The notes beneath the pieces were generated by a model. That model worked only from the letters and a program-made list of their open reading frames with translations, was not told the origin of the DNA and did no database searches. This document shows positions 17,431-26,347 of a stretch of DNA of 32,000 nucleotides, in pieces. The stretch is taken from contig CP149973.1 of NCBI GenBank assembly GCA_029269845.2, positions 870,001 through 902,000 of the forward strand, written 5' to 3'. Made by a program: the position numbers and the translations under genes. Every line of letters starts with the position of its first letter. The stretch's first letter is position 1. Source of the DNA: Opitutia bacterium KCR 482. GTDB taxonomy: Bacteria > Verrucomicrobiota > Verrucomicrobiia > Opitutales > Intestinicryptomonadaceae.

Positions 17431-20400
17431 TTAGTTGCGGGAACCTCCGCGCTGTCCGTTTTTGAATCCGTTGCCGCCCCATTTGCGTTCCCTTACGGGC
17501 ACGGGCTTTGCGGAAAAATGTTTTTTCACGACCGACGGTTCTGCGGCGAGCGTCTTGAACAGCGGCGGGCAGAACGCAGTGCGCATTATGCGTTCGGAGC
17601 TCATTTCGACGTAGTCGGCGTCGCCCACCCTGATTTTAATTTTGTGTTCGATTGCGTCGCCCTTTGCGTCTTCGTAGACGCCGTGCGCGAGAATTTTCAC
17701 GAAGCGTTCTGCGCGGGAGTCGGGGTCGAGCAGCCATTCGATATTTTCGCAATACGCCGAGATTGCGGAGGGCATCGACATGACGGTTTCGCCGTTGAAG
17801 CGCAGTTCCGAGCCGTCCTTGCTTTGGCATTCGCCGATGACGCAAACGCAGTCGCCGTCGCGCACGCGCGAGAAATATTCGGAGAAGGCGTCGGGGAAGA
17901 GGTTAATCTGCCAGACTTTCGAGTTGTCCCTGCCCGACAGCGTGAAGTAGCACCACGGTTTGTTGTCCTTTTTTGTGAGCTTTTTCACGACGTTCGACAC
18001 CACGCCACACGCGCGGAACGGCAGGCGTTTGATGCGTTTGACGGCGTCGCTTGCGGGAATTTCGTCGAGGGCGTCGTCGAAGCCCGCGTACTCGTTCATT
18101 GGGTGTCCCGAAACGTAGAAGCTAAGAAGCTCCTTTTCGGCGAAGAGTTTTTCGGCGAGCGGCATTGTCGGTTTCGAGGTGTCTATCACGTTGTCGGACA
18201 TCGATTTTCCGCCGCCCATATCGAGCATGTCGAAGAGGTTTGTCTGTCCCGTTTTTGCGTCCTCCTCCGCCTCCGCCGACTGCATCATGATTGCCTCTAC
18301 CGAGTTGAGCAGGTGCCCGCGGTCGATTTCGAAAGAGTCGAACGCGCCCGTCTTTATGAGGTTTTCGAACACGCGCTTGTTGAGCGATTTCGAGCCTATG
18401 CGCGAAACGAAGTCGAAGGCGTCCTTGAAAGGCCCGTTTGCGTCGCGCTCCCTCACAATCGCCTCCGCCGCGACGCCGCCTATTCCCTTGATTGCGGCGA
18501 GTCCGAAGCGGATTGAACCGGCCGATTTTTCGAACATCTGCCCGTCGAGGTCGGGCTTCCAGTTCGGGTCGATAATTGGCGTGAAATTTTCGCGCGAAAT
18601 GTTGATGTCGGGGCCGAGAACCCTGATGTTTATAGCCTCCGCCGACTCTATGAACTTCGACACCTTGTCCATGTTGCCGAGTTCGCTCGAAAGCAGGGCC
18701 GCCATGAATTCCACGGGGTAGTTAGCCTTCAAGTACGCCGTGCGGTAGCTGAGCATTGCGTACGCCGCCGAGTGCGATTTGTTGAAGCCGTACTGCGCGA
18801 ATTTTTCGAGCACGGCGAAGATGTCCTCCGCCTCCTTGGCGGGCATGTTGTTGAATTTTTCCGCCTTTGAAATGAAAATCGCCTTTTGCTGCGCCATGAC
18901 TTCGGGCTTCTTTTTGCCCATGGCGCGGCGGAGAATGTCGGCCTCGCCGAGCGTGTAGCCCGCGATGATTCGCGCCGCCATCATGACCTGCTCCTGATAG
19001 ACGAGCACGCCGTAGGTTTCCTGCACCAAGTCTTTGAGGAGCGGGTGCGGAACGTGCATTTTTGATGGGTTTTTTTTAGCCTCGATGAACTGGTCGATGA
19101 ACTGCATCGGGCCGGGGCGGTAGAGCGCGATGAGCGCGATGATTTCCTCGAACACACTAAGCCCGATTCTGCGGCAGAGATTCTGCATGCCCTCGCTTTC
19201 AAGCTGGAAGACGCCGACGGTAATGCCGCTGTTGAGCAGTTTGTATGTGGCGGGGTCTTCGAGTATGATTTCCTCGATGTCGAAATTGTTGTGGCGCGTG
19301 CGGCGCACGTTGTCCTGGGCGTCGGAGATTACGGTGAGGGTTTTGAGTCCGAGGAAGTCGGCTTTGAGCAGCCCCAGCTCTTCGACGGGGGTTTTTGCGA
19401 ACTGCGTCGTGAGCGTTTTTTCCTGCGTCATCATGGGCACCACGTTGTCGAGTTTCTGGTCGCCGATGATGATGCCGCAGGCGTGCTTGCCGAGCTGGCG
19501 AATCATGCCCTCCAAGACTTCGCCCTGTTCGAAGATGTGGCGCACTTCGGGGTCGTGCTCGACCTCGTTGCGGAGTTCCGCCGACATTTCCAGAGCTTTT
19601 TTGAGCGTCATTTTCAGCTCGTCGGGAACCATTTTCGCGATGGCGTTTGCGCGGTCGAAGGGAATGCCGTTGACGCGCGCCAAGTCGCGCACGACCGCCT
19701 TTGCGCCGAGCTTGCCGTATGTCACGATGTTCGACACCCTGTCCACGCCGTACTTGCGGCGGACGTATTCGATGACGTCGCCGCGGCGGCGTTCGCAGAA
19801 GTCTACGTCGAAGTCGGGCGGCGACACGCGTTCGAGCGAAAGCATACGCTCGAAAAGCAGGTTGAAGCGGATAGGCTCGATGTCGGTGATTTTGATGAGG
19901 TACGCAATCATGCAGCCCGCGCCGCTACCGCGCCCGGGGCCTACGGGGATGCCGTGGCTTCGCGCCCAGTTGATGAAGTCGTACACGATTAGGAAGTAGT
20001 CTACAAAGCCCGCGCCAACGATAATCGAAAGCTCGTAGTCGAGCTTGTCGCGCAGGAACTGGGCGCGGTCGGGACGCTCGTTGGGCTTGGGAACGTAGGC
20101 TTCGGGGTGGTCGTAGTCTACGCCGTATCGTTTCATCATGCCCTTTTTGGAAAGGTCGAAAAGCAGGAGACCGTTTTTCATCAGCTCCTTCCTGCGTTCG
20201 GGCGAAAGCGAGAAATCGTCGGGCTTGCCGTTCTGCCGCAGAACCTCGTTTTTCTTCACGACGTAGAGGTCGAGAATGCGGTTGAAGTTGGTTTCGTCGC
20301 GGTCGTAGACAATGTCGACGGGCTGCTCGTACTTGGGGTAGTGGTTCTCGCCCATCGGGATTTTAATATCGACGCCCTCGGCAAGCTCGACGGTGTTGTC

Positions 20401-21276
20401 GAGAGCCTCGTGGAGTTCGGGGAAGATTGCCTCCATCTCCTCGCGGGTCTTGATGTAGAACTCGTTGTTTGGGTAGCGCATGCGGTCGGCGTCCGACACG
20501 AGCGAGCCCGTGTTTATGCACAGCATTGCGTCGTGCGCGTCGGCGTCCTTTTTGTAGACGTAGTGGCTGTCGTTTGTGGCTACCATCTTCAAGCCGAACT
20601 CGCGCGCGAGCTTCACAAGACCGGGGATAACCTTTTTGTCGGCGGGCAGAAAGTGGTTCTGCAATTCGATGTAGTAGTTTTCCCTGCCGAAAATATCGAC
20701 GAAGTTCGCGGTGACGCGGCGGGCGTTCTCGTAGTCGGAGTACAGCAGATACTGCGACGCCACGCCGTTGATGCAGCCGCTGAGGGCGATTATCCCCTTC
20801 GAATATTTTGCGAGCGTTTCGAAGTCTATTCTCGGCTTGCGGTAGAAGCCGCGCTCGTAGGATTCGCTCGTGAGCTTTGCGAGGTTCAGAAAGCCCTCGT
20901 AGTTGCGGGCAAGGAGCGTCTTGTGGTGGATTTGGTACTTGGGGTAGTTCTGCGGGTTCAACAAAGAGGGGTCGCTCTCGATGCCGTCGATGTCGTCCGA
21001 CTTGTCCTTGTCGCGGACGGACTTCATCAGCTCCTTGATGTCGTCGTTGAGGGTGTGGTCGTTGATGTAGTACGCCTCCATGCCGATAATCGGCTTTATG
21101 CCCGCCTTGTTCGCCGCCTGATAGAAGTCTATCGCGCCGCACATGTTGCCGTGGTCGGTCATGGCGACAGCGGGCATGCCAAGTTCCTTCACGCGGTTTA
21201 CGAGGACGGGAAGCTTTGCGCAGCCGTCGAGAACGGAGTAGTCGGTGTGGACGTGGAGGTGTACGAAATTTGCCAT
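17431..21276 (-). CDS. dnaE: DNA polymerase III alpha subunit
   Basis: N-terminal PHP domain (FVHLHVHTDYSVLDG), polymerase core (GPGRGSGAGCMIAYLIKITDIEP, PDFDVDF) and a C-terminal OB-fold region. ORF trimmed to ATG 21274-21276 (MANFVHLH). Confidence 0.97.
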   Translation of the reverse strand: MANFVHLHVHTDYSVLDGCAKLPVLVNRVKELGMPAVAMTDHGNMCGAIDFYQAANKAGIKPIIGMEAYYINDHTLNDDIKELMKSVRDKDKSDDIDGIESDPSLLNPQNYPKYQIHHKTLLARNYEGFLNLAKLTSESYERGFYRKPRIDFETLAKYSKGIIALSGCINGVASQYLLYSDYENARRVTANFVDIFGRENYYIELQNHFLPADKKVIPGLVKLAREFGLKMVATNDSHYVYKKDADAHDAMLCINTGSLVSDADRMRYPNNEFYIKTREEMEAIFPELHEALDNTVELAEGVDIKIPMGENHYPKYEQPVDIVYDRDETNFNRILDLYVVKKNEVLRQNGKPDDFSLSPERRKELMKNGLLLFDLSKKGMMKRYGVDYDHPEAYVPKPNERPDRAQFLRDKLDYELSIIVGAGFVDYFLIVYDFINWARSHGIPVGPGRGSGAGCMIAYLIKITDIEPIRFNLLFERMLSLERVSPPDFDVDFCERRRGDVIEYVRRKYGVDRVSNIVTYGKLGAKAVVRDLARVNGIPFDRANAIAKMVPDELKMTLKKALEMSAELRNEVEHDPEVRHIFEQGEVLEGMIRQLGKHACGIIIGDQKLDNVVPMMTQEKTLTTQFAKTPVEELGLLKADFLGLKTLTVISDAQDNVRRTRHNNFDIEEIILEDPATYKLLNSGITVGVFQLESEGMQNLCRRIGLSVFEEIIALIALYRPGPMQFIDQFIEAKKNPSKMHVPHPLLKDLVQETYGVLVYQEQVMMAARIIAGYTLGEADILRRAMGKKKPEVMAQQKAIFISKAEKFNNMPAKEAEDIFAVLEKFAQYGFNKSHSAAYAMLSYRTAYLKANYPVEFMAALLSSELGNMDKVSKFIESAEAINIRVLGPDINISRENFTPIIDPNWKPDLDGQMFEKSAGSIRFGLAAIKGIGGVAAEAIVRERDANGPFKDAFDFVSRIGSKSLNKRVFENLIKTGAFDSFEIDRGHLLNSVEAIMMQSAEAEEDAKTGQTNLFDMLDMGGGKSMSDNVIDTSKPTMPLAEKLFAEKELLSFYVSGHPMNEYAGFDDALDEIPASDAVKRIKRLPFRACGVVSNVVKKLTKKDNKPWCYFTLSGRDNSKVWQINLFPDAFSEYFSRVRDGDCVCVIGECQSKDGSELRFNGETVMSMPSAISAYCENIEWLLDPDSRAERFVKILAHGVYEDAKGDAIEHKIKIRVGDADYVEMSSERIMRTAFCPPLFKTLAAEPSVVKKHFSAKPVPVRERKWGGNGFKNGQRGGSRN

Positions 21277-21453
21277 TTTGCGGAGATAAAAATACGTCTG
21301 AATGAAAACATCGGGCGGCGTTTTTTGCAACAAAATCATTGGCGAAAATGCCCGATCGGGGGTCGGGAAAGTATTTTTTCAAAAAAAACAGTTGCATTTT
21401 CCGCCGAGGAGCTTTTAATCCAACAACTTTATTGATTAAAAAAGGAGAATTTT

Positions 21454-21612
21454 ATGTCACAACACAACAGCTTCAAAAGCGGCGGCTCCGCATCTTCCAA
21501 AAAACGCAGCGTTCTCAAACGCTTCGAACGCATTGACCTGCTCCGCAAACGCGGCCAGATTAAGGAAGTAACCCGCGTAACGGGTCTCCCCAAAACAAAG
21601 CCCGCCGAATAA
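21454..21612 (+). CDS. Small basic protein (Planctomycetes/Verrucomicrobia-type, TIGR04137-like)
   Basis: Not in the ORF track (52 aa). Sequence: MSQHNSFKSGGSASSKKRSVLKRFERIDLLRKRGQIKEVTRVTGLPKTKPAE. AGGAG lies 7 nt upstream of ATG 21454 and a terminator hairpin follows. The pattern (RsVLkRfERi..L ... GLPK) matches my recollection of the 'small basic protein' family. Confidence 0.7.
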   Translation: MSQHNSFKSGGSASSKKRSVLKRFERIDLLRKRGQIKEVTRVTGLPKTKPAE

Positions 21613-21637
21613 GCCCAAAGCTTCCGAACGGACTATT

Positions 21638-21671
21638 GCGCGCCCTCGACTTTCCGTCGGCGCGTTTTTTT
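21638..21671 (+). terminator. Intrinsic terminator after the small basic protein gene
   Basis: GC stem CGCGCC...GGCGCG with inner CGAC/GTCG pairing (21639-21664) is followed by T7 (21665-21671). It ends only 8 nt before the U32 start codon. Confidence 0.6.
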
Positions 21672-21678
21672 GTTTGAT

Positions 21679-22950
21679 ATGCCCGAAAGCAAAAAAAACG
21701 CAATCCGCCGCCCGCGCCCCGAAATTATGGCACCCGCGGGCGATTTTGCGTGCCTCGACGCCGCAATAAAGGCGGGCGCGGACGCCGTGTACTTCGGAAT
21801 AAAGGGCTTCAACATGCGCGCGGGCGCAAAAAACTTCGAAGCGGCGGACTTGAAGAGAATCGCAAAAATCTGCCGCGCCGCTGGCGTCAAAACATACATT
21901 ACGCTCAACACGATTTACTACGACTCCGAGCTCAAAAAGCTCGATTCCCTCGTCGGGAAAATTGCCGCCGCGGGCATAGACGCCGTCATCGCGTGGGACT
22001 TCGCGGTTTTCGAAGCCGCAAAAAGACGCGGCGTTGAGGTGTTCCTCTCGACGCAGGCGAGCGTCGCAAACACGGCGGCGGCGGCAATGTATTTCGAAAA
22101 ATTCGGAATCAAAAGGTTCGTGCTCGCGCGGGAATGCTCGCTTTGCGACATCGCGAAAATCAGGGGCGGTCTGCGCCGCAGATTCGGGAGGGACGCGGAC
22201 ATAAAAATAGAGGTTTTCGCGCACGGGGCAATGTGCGTGTCGCAAAGCGGCAGGTGCTTTATGTCCACTTTCGCGTGCGGCAAAAGCGCAAACAGGGGCG
22301 AGTGCATGCAGCCGTGCCGCCGCGAATACAAAATAGAGGACGCAAACGGAAAGGGCTTTGTGGTCGGCAACGGATACGTCATGAGCCCAAAAGACCTCTG
22401 CACCATTCCGTTTATCGAAAAAATCTTCGAGGCGGGCGCGGACTCGCTGAAAATAGAGGGGCGCAACAGAAACCCAGAATACGTTTTCGAGACGGTCTCC
22501 GCATACCTAAAACTGCGCGACTTCTACTTCGACAACCGCAGCGAAGACGGCTTCGAAGAAGACTTCGCGCGGGAAAAATCCGCCGCGCTCGAACGCGTCT
22601 CGACCGTGTTCAACAGGGGATTCTCGGACGGATTTTTCATGGGCAAACCCGTCGGCGACTGGACTTCCGACGGCAACAAGGCGACGGAAAAAAAGGCGAT
22701 TGTGGGGCACGTCGTAAAATTCTTTCCGAAAATCTCGGTCGCCGAAATTTCAATAGACGCCGAACCGCTCTGCGTCGGCGACAAGATTTTCGCCGAGGGC
22801 GACAAGTCGGGATTCTCCGCATTCGCGGTTGAGAGCATGCAAATAGACGGCAAAAACGTGCTGTCGGCAAAAAAGGGCGAACATGTCGGAATAAAAGTTC
22901 CGTCGCCCCTGCGCAGGCTCGACAGAATTTACAAATCAAAGAAAGCGTAA
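21679..22950 (+). CDS. Peptidase U32 family protein (PrtC/RlhA/TrhP/UbiU-like, probable Fe-S enzyme)
   Basis: N-terminal PEIMAPAGD, the DAVYFG TIM-barrel start, ADSLKIEGR, and the cysteine motif C-x6-C-x15-C-x3-C (22234-22317). Start at ATG 21679. Confidence 0.9.
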   Translation: MPESKKNAIRRPRPEIMAPAGDFACLDAAIKAGADAVYFGIKGFNMRAGAKNFEAADLKRIAKICRAAGVKTYITLNTIYYDSELKKLDSLVGKIAAAGIDAVIAWDFAVFEAAKRRGVEVFLSTQASVANTAAAAMYFEKFGIKRFVLARECSLCDIAKIRGGLRRRFGRDADIKIEVFAHGAMCVSQSGRCFMSTFACGKSANRGECMQPCRREYKIEDANGKGFVVGNGYVMSPKDLCTIPFIEKIFEAGADSLKIEGRNRNPEYVFETVSAYLKLRDFYFDNRSEDGFEEDFAREKSAALERVSTVFNRGFSDGFFMGKPVGDWTSDGNKATEKKAIVGHVVKFFPKISVAEISIDAEPLCVGDKIFAEGDKSGFSAFAVESMQIDGKNVLSAKKGEHVGIKVPSPLRRLDRIYKSKKA

Positions 22951-22984
22951 AAAACCGGCCGCCGAATTTCGAGGTCGGTTTTCG

Positions 22985-23005
22985 TTTTCCGAAACGGAAA
23001 TTTTT
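22985..23005 (+). terminator. Weak intrinsic terminator after the U32 gene
   Basis: TTTCCG (22986-22991) / CGGAAA (22995-23000) with a 3-nt loop, followed by T5 that overlaps the stop codon of the convergent aminotransferase gene. The stem is short and AT-rich. Confidence 0.4.
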
Positions 23006-24185
23006 ACGCGCGGGCGAAGCGCAAAACAACGGCGCGGATTATTTCCGCCGCCTTCGCCATGTCGGCCTCCGTGAGGGTCGGGTGGATAAGCGTCATAACT
23101 CCGGTGTCGCGCAATACGGCGGCGTTCGGCAACTGCGTTTCGTCTTTCGACAGCCCCGCCTTTTTGAAGCAGTTTTCGTTCGAAACGTTCCAGCACGTTC
23201 CGCTCATCGCGGGAACGCCCTCGGCGTTTATCGCGTCGATTACGTCGAGAACCGTTGTGCCCTCTTTGAGTTTCGAGAAATCGAGGAAGAAATAGAACTT
23301 GTAGTTCGCGTGAACGCAGTCGGCGGGAACTTTCTGCAAACGAACGGCGTCTAGCGGCGCGAGGGCGTCGGCGAGAATCTTCGCGTTGCGCGCGCGCTTC
23401 GCGCTCCATTCGGGCAGATTCGCCAAGCCGCGAATGCCCAAAACAGCCTGCATCTCGGTCATGCGCATGTTCGTGCCGAAAGTTTCGAGATACCAGCGGA
23501 AGCCCGCGGGGTGCTGGGCGTGGAAAACCAAATCGTAGTCGCGCCCGTGGTCTTTGAACGACCACATTTTGCGCCAAACCGCCTCGCTGTTCGTAGTGAC
23601 CGCGCCGCCCTCGCCGCCCGTGGTTATGATTTTGTCCTGACAGAACGACCACGCGCCGACGTCGCCGATTGTGCCGACACTGCGCCCCTTGTACTTTGCG
23701 CCGTGCGCCTGGGCGCAGTCTTCGATAACGAAAAGATTGTGCCTGCGGGCGACGTCCATGATTGCGTCCATGTCGCAGGGGAAGCCCATGAGGTGGACGG
23801 CGATTACCGCCTTTGTCTTCGGAGTGATGAGCTTTTCGATTTCGGAGGGCATGATATCCTGCGAATTTAAATCGACGTCGGCGACAATCGGAGTCGCGCC
23901 GCGCATGACGATTGAACTTGCCGATGCCATGAACGTGCGGCACGGAACAATAACCTCGTCGCCCGCGCCGACGCCCAAACCTTCGAGAGCAAGCTCAAGG
24001 GCGGTCGTGCCGTTGCTTACGGCGATTGCGAACTTCGCGCCCGTGTAGTCGCAAAGAGCCTTTTCGAAAGCCAGATTTTTGTCGCCCGTCCAGCGGTTGA
24101 TTTTTCCGCTTGCGAGCACTTCGGATACCGCCGCAATGTCGGCATCGTCGAAATGCGGCCATTTTTTGTAGTTTTCGCTAATCAT
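23004..24185 (-). CDS. DegT/DnrJ/EryC1/StrS-family PLP-dependent aminotransferase
   Basis: 393 aa after trimming to ATG 24183-24185 (MISENYKKWPHFD). Fold-type I sugar aminotransferase blocks are present: AIAVSNGTTALELAL, VIEDCAQAHGAKYKGR, SFCQDKIITTGGEGG (PLP lysine). Confidence 0.9.
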   Translation of the reverse strand: MISENYKKWPHFDDADIAAVSEVLASGKINRWTGDKNLAFEKALCDYTGAKFAIAVSNGTTALELALEGLGVGAGDEVIVPCRTFMASASSIVMRGATPIVADVDLNSQDIMPSEIEKLITPKTKAVIAVHLMGFPCDMDAIMDVARRHNLFVIEDCAQAHGAKYKGRSVGTIGDVGAWSFCQDKIITTGGEGGAVTTNSEAVWRKMWSFKDHGRDYDLVFHAQHPAGFRWYLETFGTNMRMTEMQAVLGIRGLANLPEWSAKRARNAKILADALAPLDAVRLQKVPADCVHANYKFYFFLDFSKLKEGTTVLDVIDAINAEGVPAMSGTCWNVSNENCFKKAGLSKDETQLPNAAVLRDTGVMTLIHPTLTEADMAKAAEIIRAVVLRFARA

Positions 24186-24616
24186 TTTTTCGGCATGGGA
24201 TTTTTGCCGAACAAGCCCGCCTTGCAAGGAAAAAAGCTAAGCTCTAAAAATCCCCACCACAAAAAACCGCAACACCACGCAAAATATAAAGCAACACAAA
24301 ATCATACAAAACATCAATACCTATTGCGCACGAAAAAAAGCGGACGCACCTTCCTACCCCACAATGAACAAACATGTACATATGGCAAACAACATAAACA
24401 GTACCGACTGCCGCGCGGAAATTACACAACAAAAATAAGCAGTTCCACGCCGCGCCCCGACGGAAACGAAATGCCCCTCGTTTTCGTTTCCGTCCCCCTC
24501 CGTGCGCATTAAGCGCACTCTGATTTTCCCATACTCATAGGAACGCGGAAAGCTACCCATGCAAAAAATTCCGCCGCAACCATGGCAACCAATAAAAAAT
24601 ATCACCATGTAATATA

Positions 24617-24667
24617 CAAAAAACGCGATATTTCGGGCATCGCGAAAGTCCCAAATATCGCGTTTTT
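24617..24667. terminator. Long perfect hairpin / bidirectional terminator about 200 nt downstream of the leuC stop
   Basis: The 15-bp perfect inverted repeat AAAAACGCGATATTT (24618-24632) / AAATATCGCGTTTTT (24652-24666) encloses a 19-nt loop. The arms themselves provide the T-runs on both strands. Confidence 0.6.
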
Positions 24668-24863
24668 CTCTAAACTCCGCGCGGCGGCTGCCGCGCTGTC
24701 GAGGCTTGCGAGGTTGCACGCAGAAATGCGGCTTTGCGAAGCAAGGCGACGGGAGTGTACTCTCGTACATGACCGAAGCCGCGCGAGCGAAACGCATTTA
24801 TATGCCGACCCCGCAAGCCCTCCTAAATCTCCTTGCACGCATTGAGCGTGCCAACACTATCTC

Positions 24864-26258
24864 CTATCCCAAATCGACGAGCTTGCCTGCGACGGCCGCA
24901 TGCGCCACCATCAAAGGACTCATCAATATCGTGCGGCCGGTGGGGCTGCCCTGACGACCCTTGAAGTTGCGGTTCGAAGTCGAAGCGCAAAGCTGATCGC
25001 CGACGAGCTTGTCGTCGTTCATGGCAAGGCACATCGAGCAGCCCGCCTGACGCCACTGGAAGCCCGCTTCCGTAAAGATTTTGTCGAGACCCTTTTCGCG
25101 CGCGATTGCATCGACAATCTGCGAACCGGGGACTGCGAGAGCCTTGACGCCCGCGGCAACCTTTTTGCCTTTGAGGTATTCGGCGGCGGCTTCGAAGTCT
25201 GAAAGCCTGCCGTTCGTGCACGAGCCAATGAACGCGACGTCGATTTTCGTCCCCGCGATGGGCGTGCCCGATTTCAGCTTCATATAGACGAGGGCGTCCT
25301 CGGCGTCCTTGCGCTGGGTGGGGTCTGCAATAGTTGCGGGGTCGGGGATATTTTCGTCGATAAACACCGCCTGCGACGGGTTCACGCCCCAAGTTACCGT
25401 CGGGCGGATTTCCGCGCCGTCGAAGTCAACCACATCGTCGTACTGGCAGCCCTCGTCGGAGGCAATCGTCTTCCAGTACTCTACCGCCTTGTCGAAATCT
25501 TCGCCCTTGGGCGCGTAGGGTCTGCCTTTGAGGTACGCAAAAGTTTTTTCGTCGGGGTTGATGTAGCCGATTCTCGCGCCGCCCTCGATTGCCATGTTGC
25601 AGACGGTCATTCTGCCCTCCATGGACATGTCGTCAAAGACCTTTCCGCCGAATTCATAGGCGTAGCCGATGCCGCCGTTAACGCCGAGCTTGCGGATAAT
25701 GTGGAGCGCGACGTCCTTGGGCGTTATGCCTTTTTTGAGCGAGCCGTTCACGTTGACGCGGCGGACTTTAAGCTTTTTGAAAGAAAGCGTCTGCGTGGCG
25801 AGAACGTTGCGGACTTGGCTTGTACCGATGCCGAACGCGATTGCGCCGAACGCGCCGTGGGTCGCCGTGTGCGAGTCTCCGCAGGCGACAGTCATTCCGG
25901 GGTGGATAAGCCCCTGTTCGGGCATTACGACGTGGATTACGCCTTGCTTGCCCGTCGTGGAGTCGAAGAAAGTAATGCCGTTGTCGGCGCAATTTTTGCG
26001 GATTGCCGTGAGCATTTCGTACGCAGTCGCGCTCTTGTAGGGTTCGGTGCGGTCGTCGGTGGGAATGATGTGGTCAACCGTGGCGTATGTGCGCGACGGG
26101 TACTTCACGGGCAGTTTGAGCGTGCGGAGCATGCCGAACGCCTGCGGGCTTGTCACTTCGTGGAGCAGATGAGTGCCGACGAGCAGTTGAGTCGAACCGT
26201 CGGGCAGCTCCCTGACGGCGTGTTTTTCCCATACTTTTTCAAAAAGCGTCTTTTTCAT
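24864..26258 (-). CDS. leuC: 3-isopropylmalate dehydratase large subunit
   Basis: Aconitase-family LeuC: [59 protein letters not shown] trimmed to ATG 26256-26258. Confidence 0.95.
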   Translation of the reverse strand: MKKTLFEKVWEKHAVRELPDGSTQLLVGTHLLHEVTSPQAFGMLRTLKLPVKYPSRTYATVDHIIPTDDRTEPYKSATAYEMLTAIRKNCADNGITFFDSTTGKQGVIHVVMPEQGLIHPGMTVACGDSHTATHGAFGAIAFGIGTSQVRNVLATQTLSFKKLKVRRVNVNGSLKKGITPKDVALHIIRKLGVNGGIGYAYEFGGKVFDDMSMEGRMTVCNMAIEGGARIGYINPDEKTFAYLKGRPYAPKGEDFDKAVEYWKTIASDEGCQYDDVVDFDGAEIRPTVTWGVNPSQAVFIDENIPDPATIADPTQRKDAEDALVYMKLKSGTPIAGTKIDVAFIGSCTNGRLSDFEAAAEYLKGKKVAAGVKALAVPGSQIVDAIAREKGLDKIFTEAGFQWRQAGCSMCLAMNDDKLVGDQLCASTSNRNFKGRQGSPTGRTILMSPLMVAHAAVAGKLVDLG

Positions 26259-26288
26259 AATTGCGTTTGCGTAGTGTTGTAAATACAA

Positions 26289-26338
26289 ATCGGCGCGGAT
26301 TCAATCCCGTCGAAAACCGAAAGGACAGCCGCGCCGAT
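26289..26338 (-). terminator. Hairpin between yebC and leuC (possible terminator or attenuator)
   Basis: The 10-bp perfect inverted repeat ATCGGCGCGG (26289-26298) / CCGCGCCGAT (26329-26338) has a 30-nt loop and a U-rich tail on the minus strand. The long loop makes the call uncertain. Confidence 0.4.
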
Positions 26339-26347
26339 AAATCCGAA

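Noticed and set aside
17431-21276. Possible intein or mobile insertion accounting for the 1281-aa length of DnaE
   Set aside because: The extra length is spread over an insertion after the PHP domain (about residues 330-420) and a C-terminal extension. I see no intein splice-junction or homing-endonuclease motifs, and the reading frame is continuous with DnaE-like sequence.
23081-23089. Additional GGTGGATAA DnaA-box matches at 23081-23089 (in the DegT-like gene) and 25901-25909 (in leuC)
   Set aside because: They are isolated single copies inside coding sequence. Both simply encode the peptide L-I-H-P on the minus strand (MTLIHPT, GLIHPGM). There is no clustering, so they are treated as chance.
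24153-24845. ORFs 24153..24512 (119 aa), 24354..24797 (147 aa), 24582..24845 (87 aa) and 24602..24838 (78 aa) in the DegT-leuC gap
   Set aside because: They are mutually overlapping and low-complexity (His/Lys/Gln runs from the A/C tract, Cys/Phe runs on the opposite strand). They cross the perfect hairpins and have no RBS or family resemblance.
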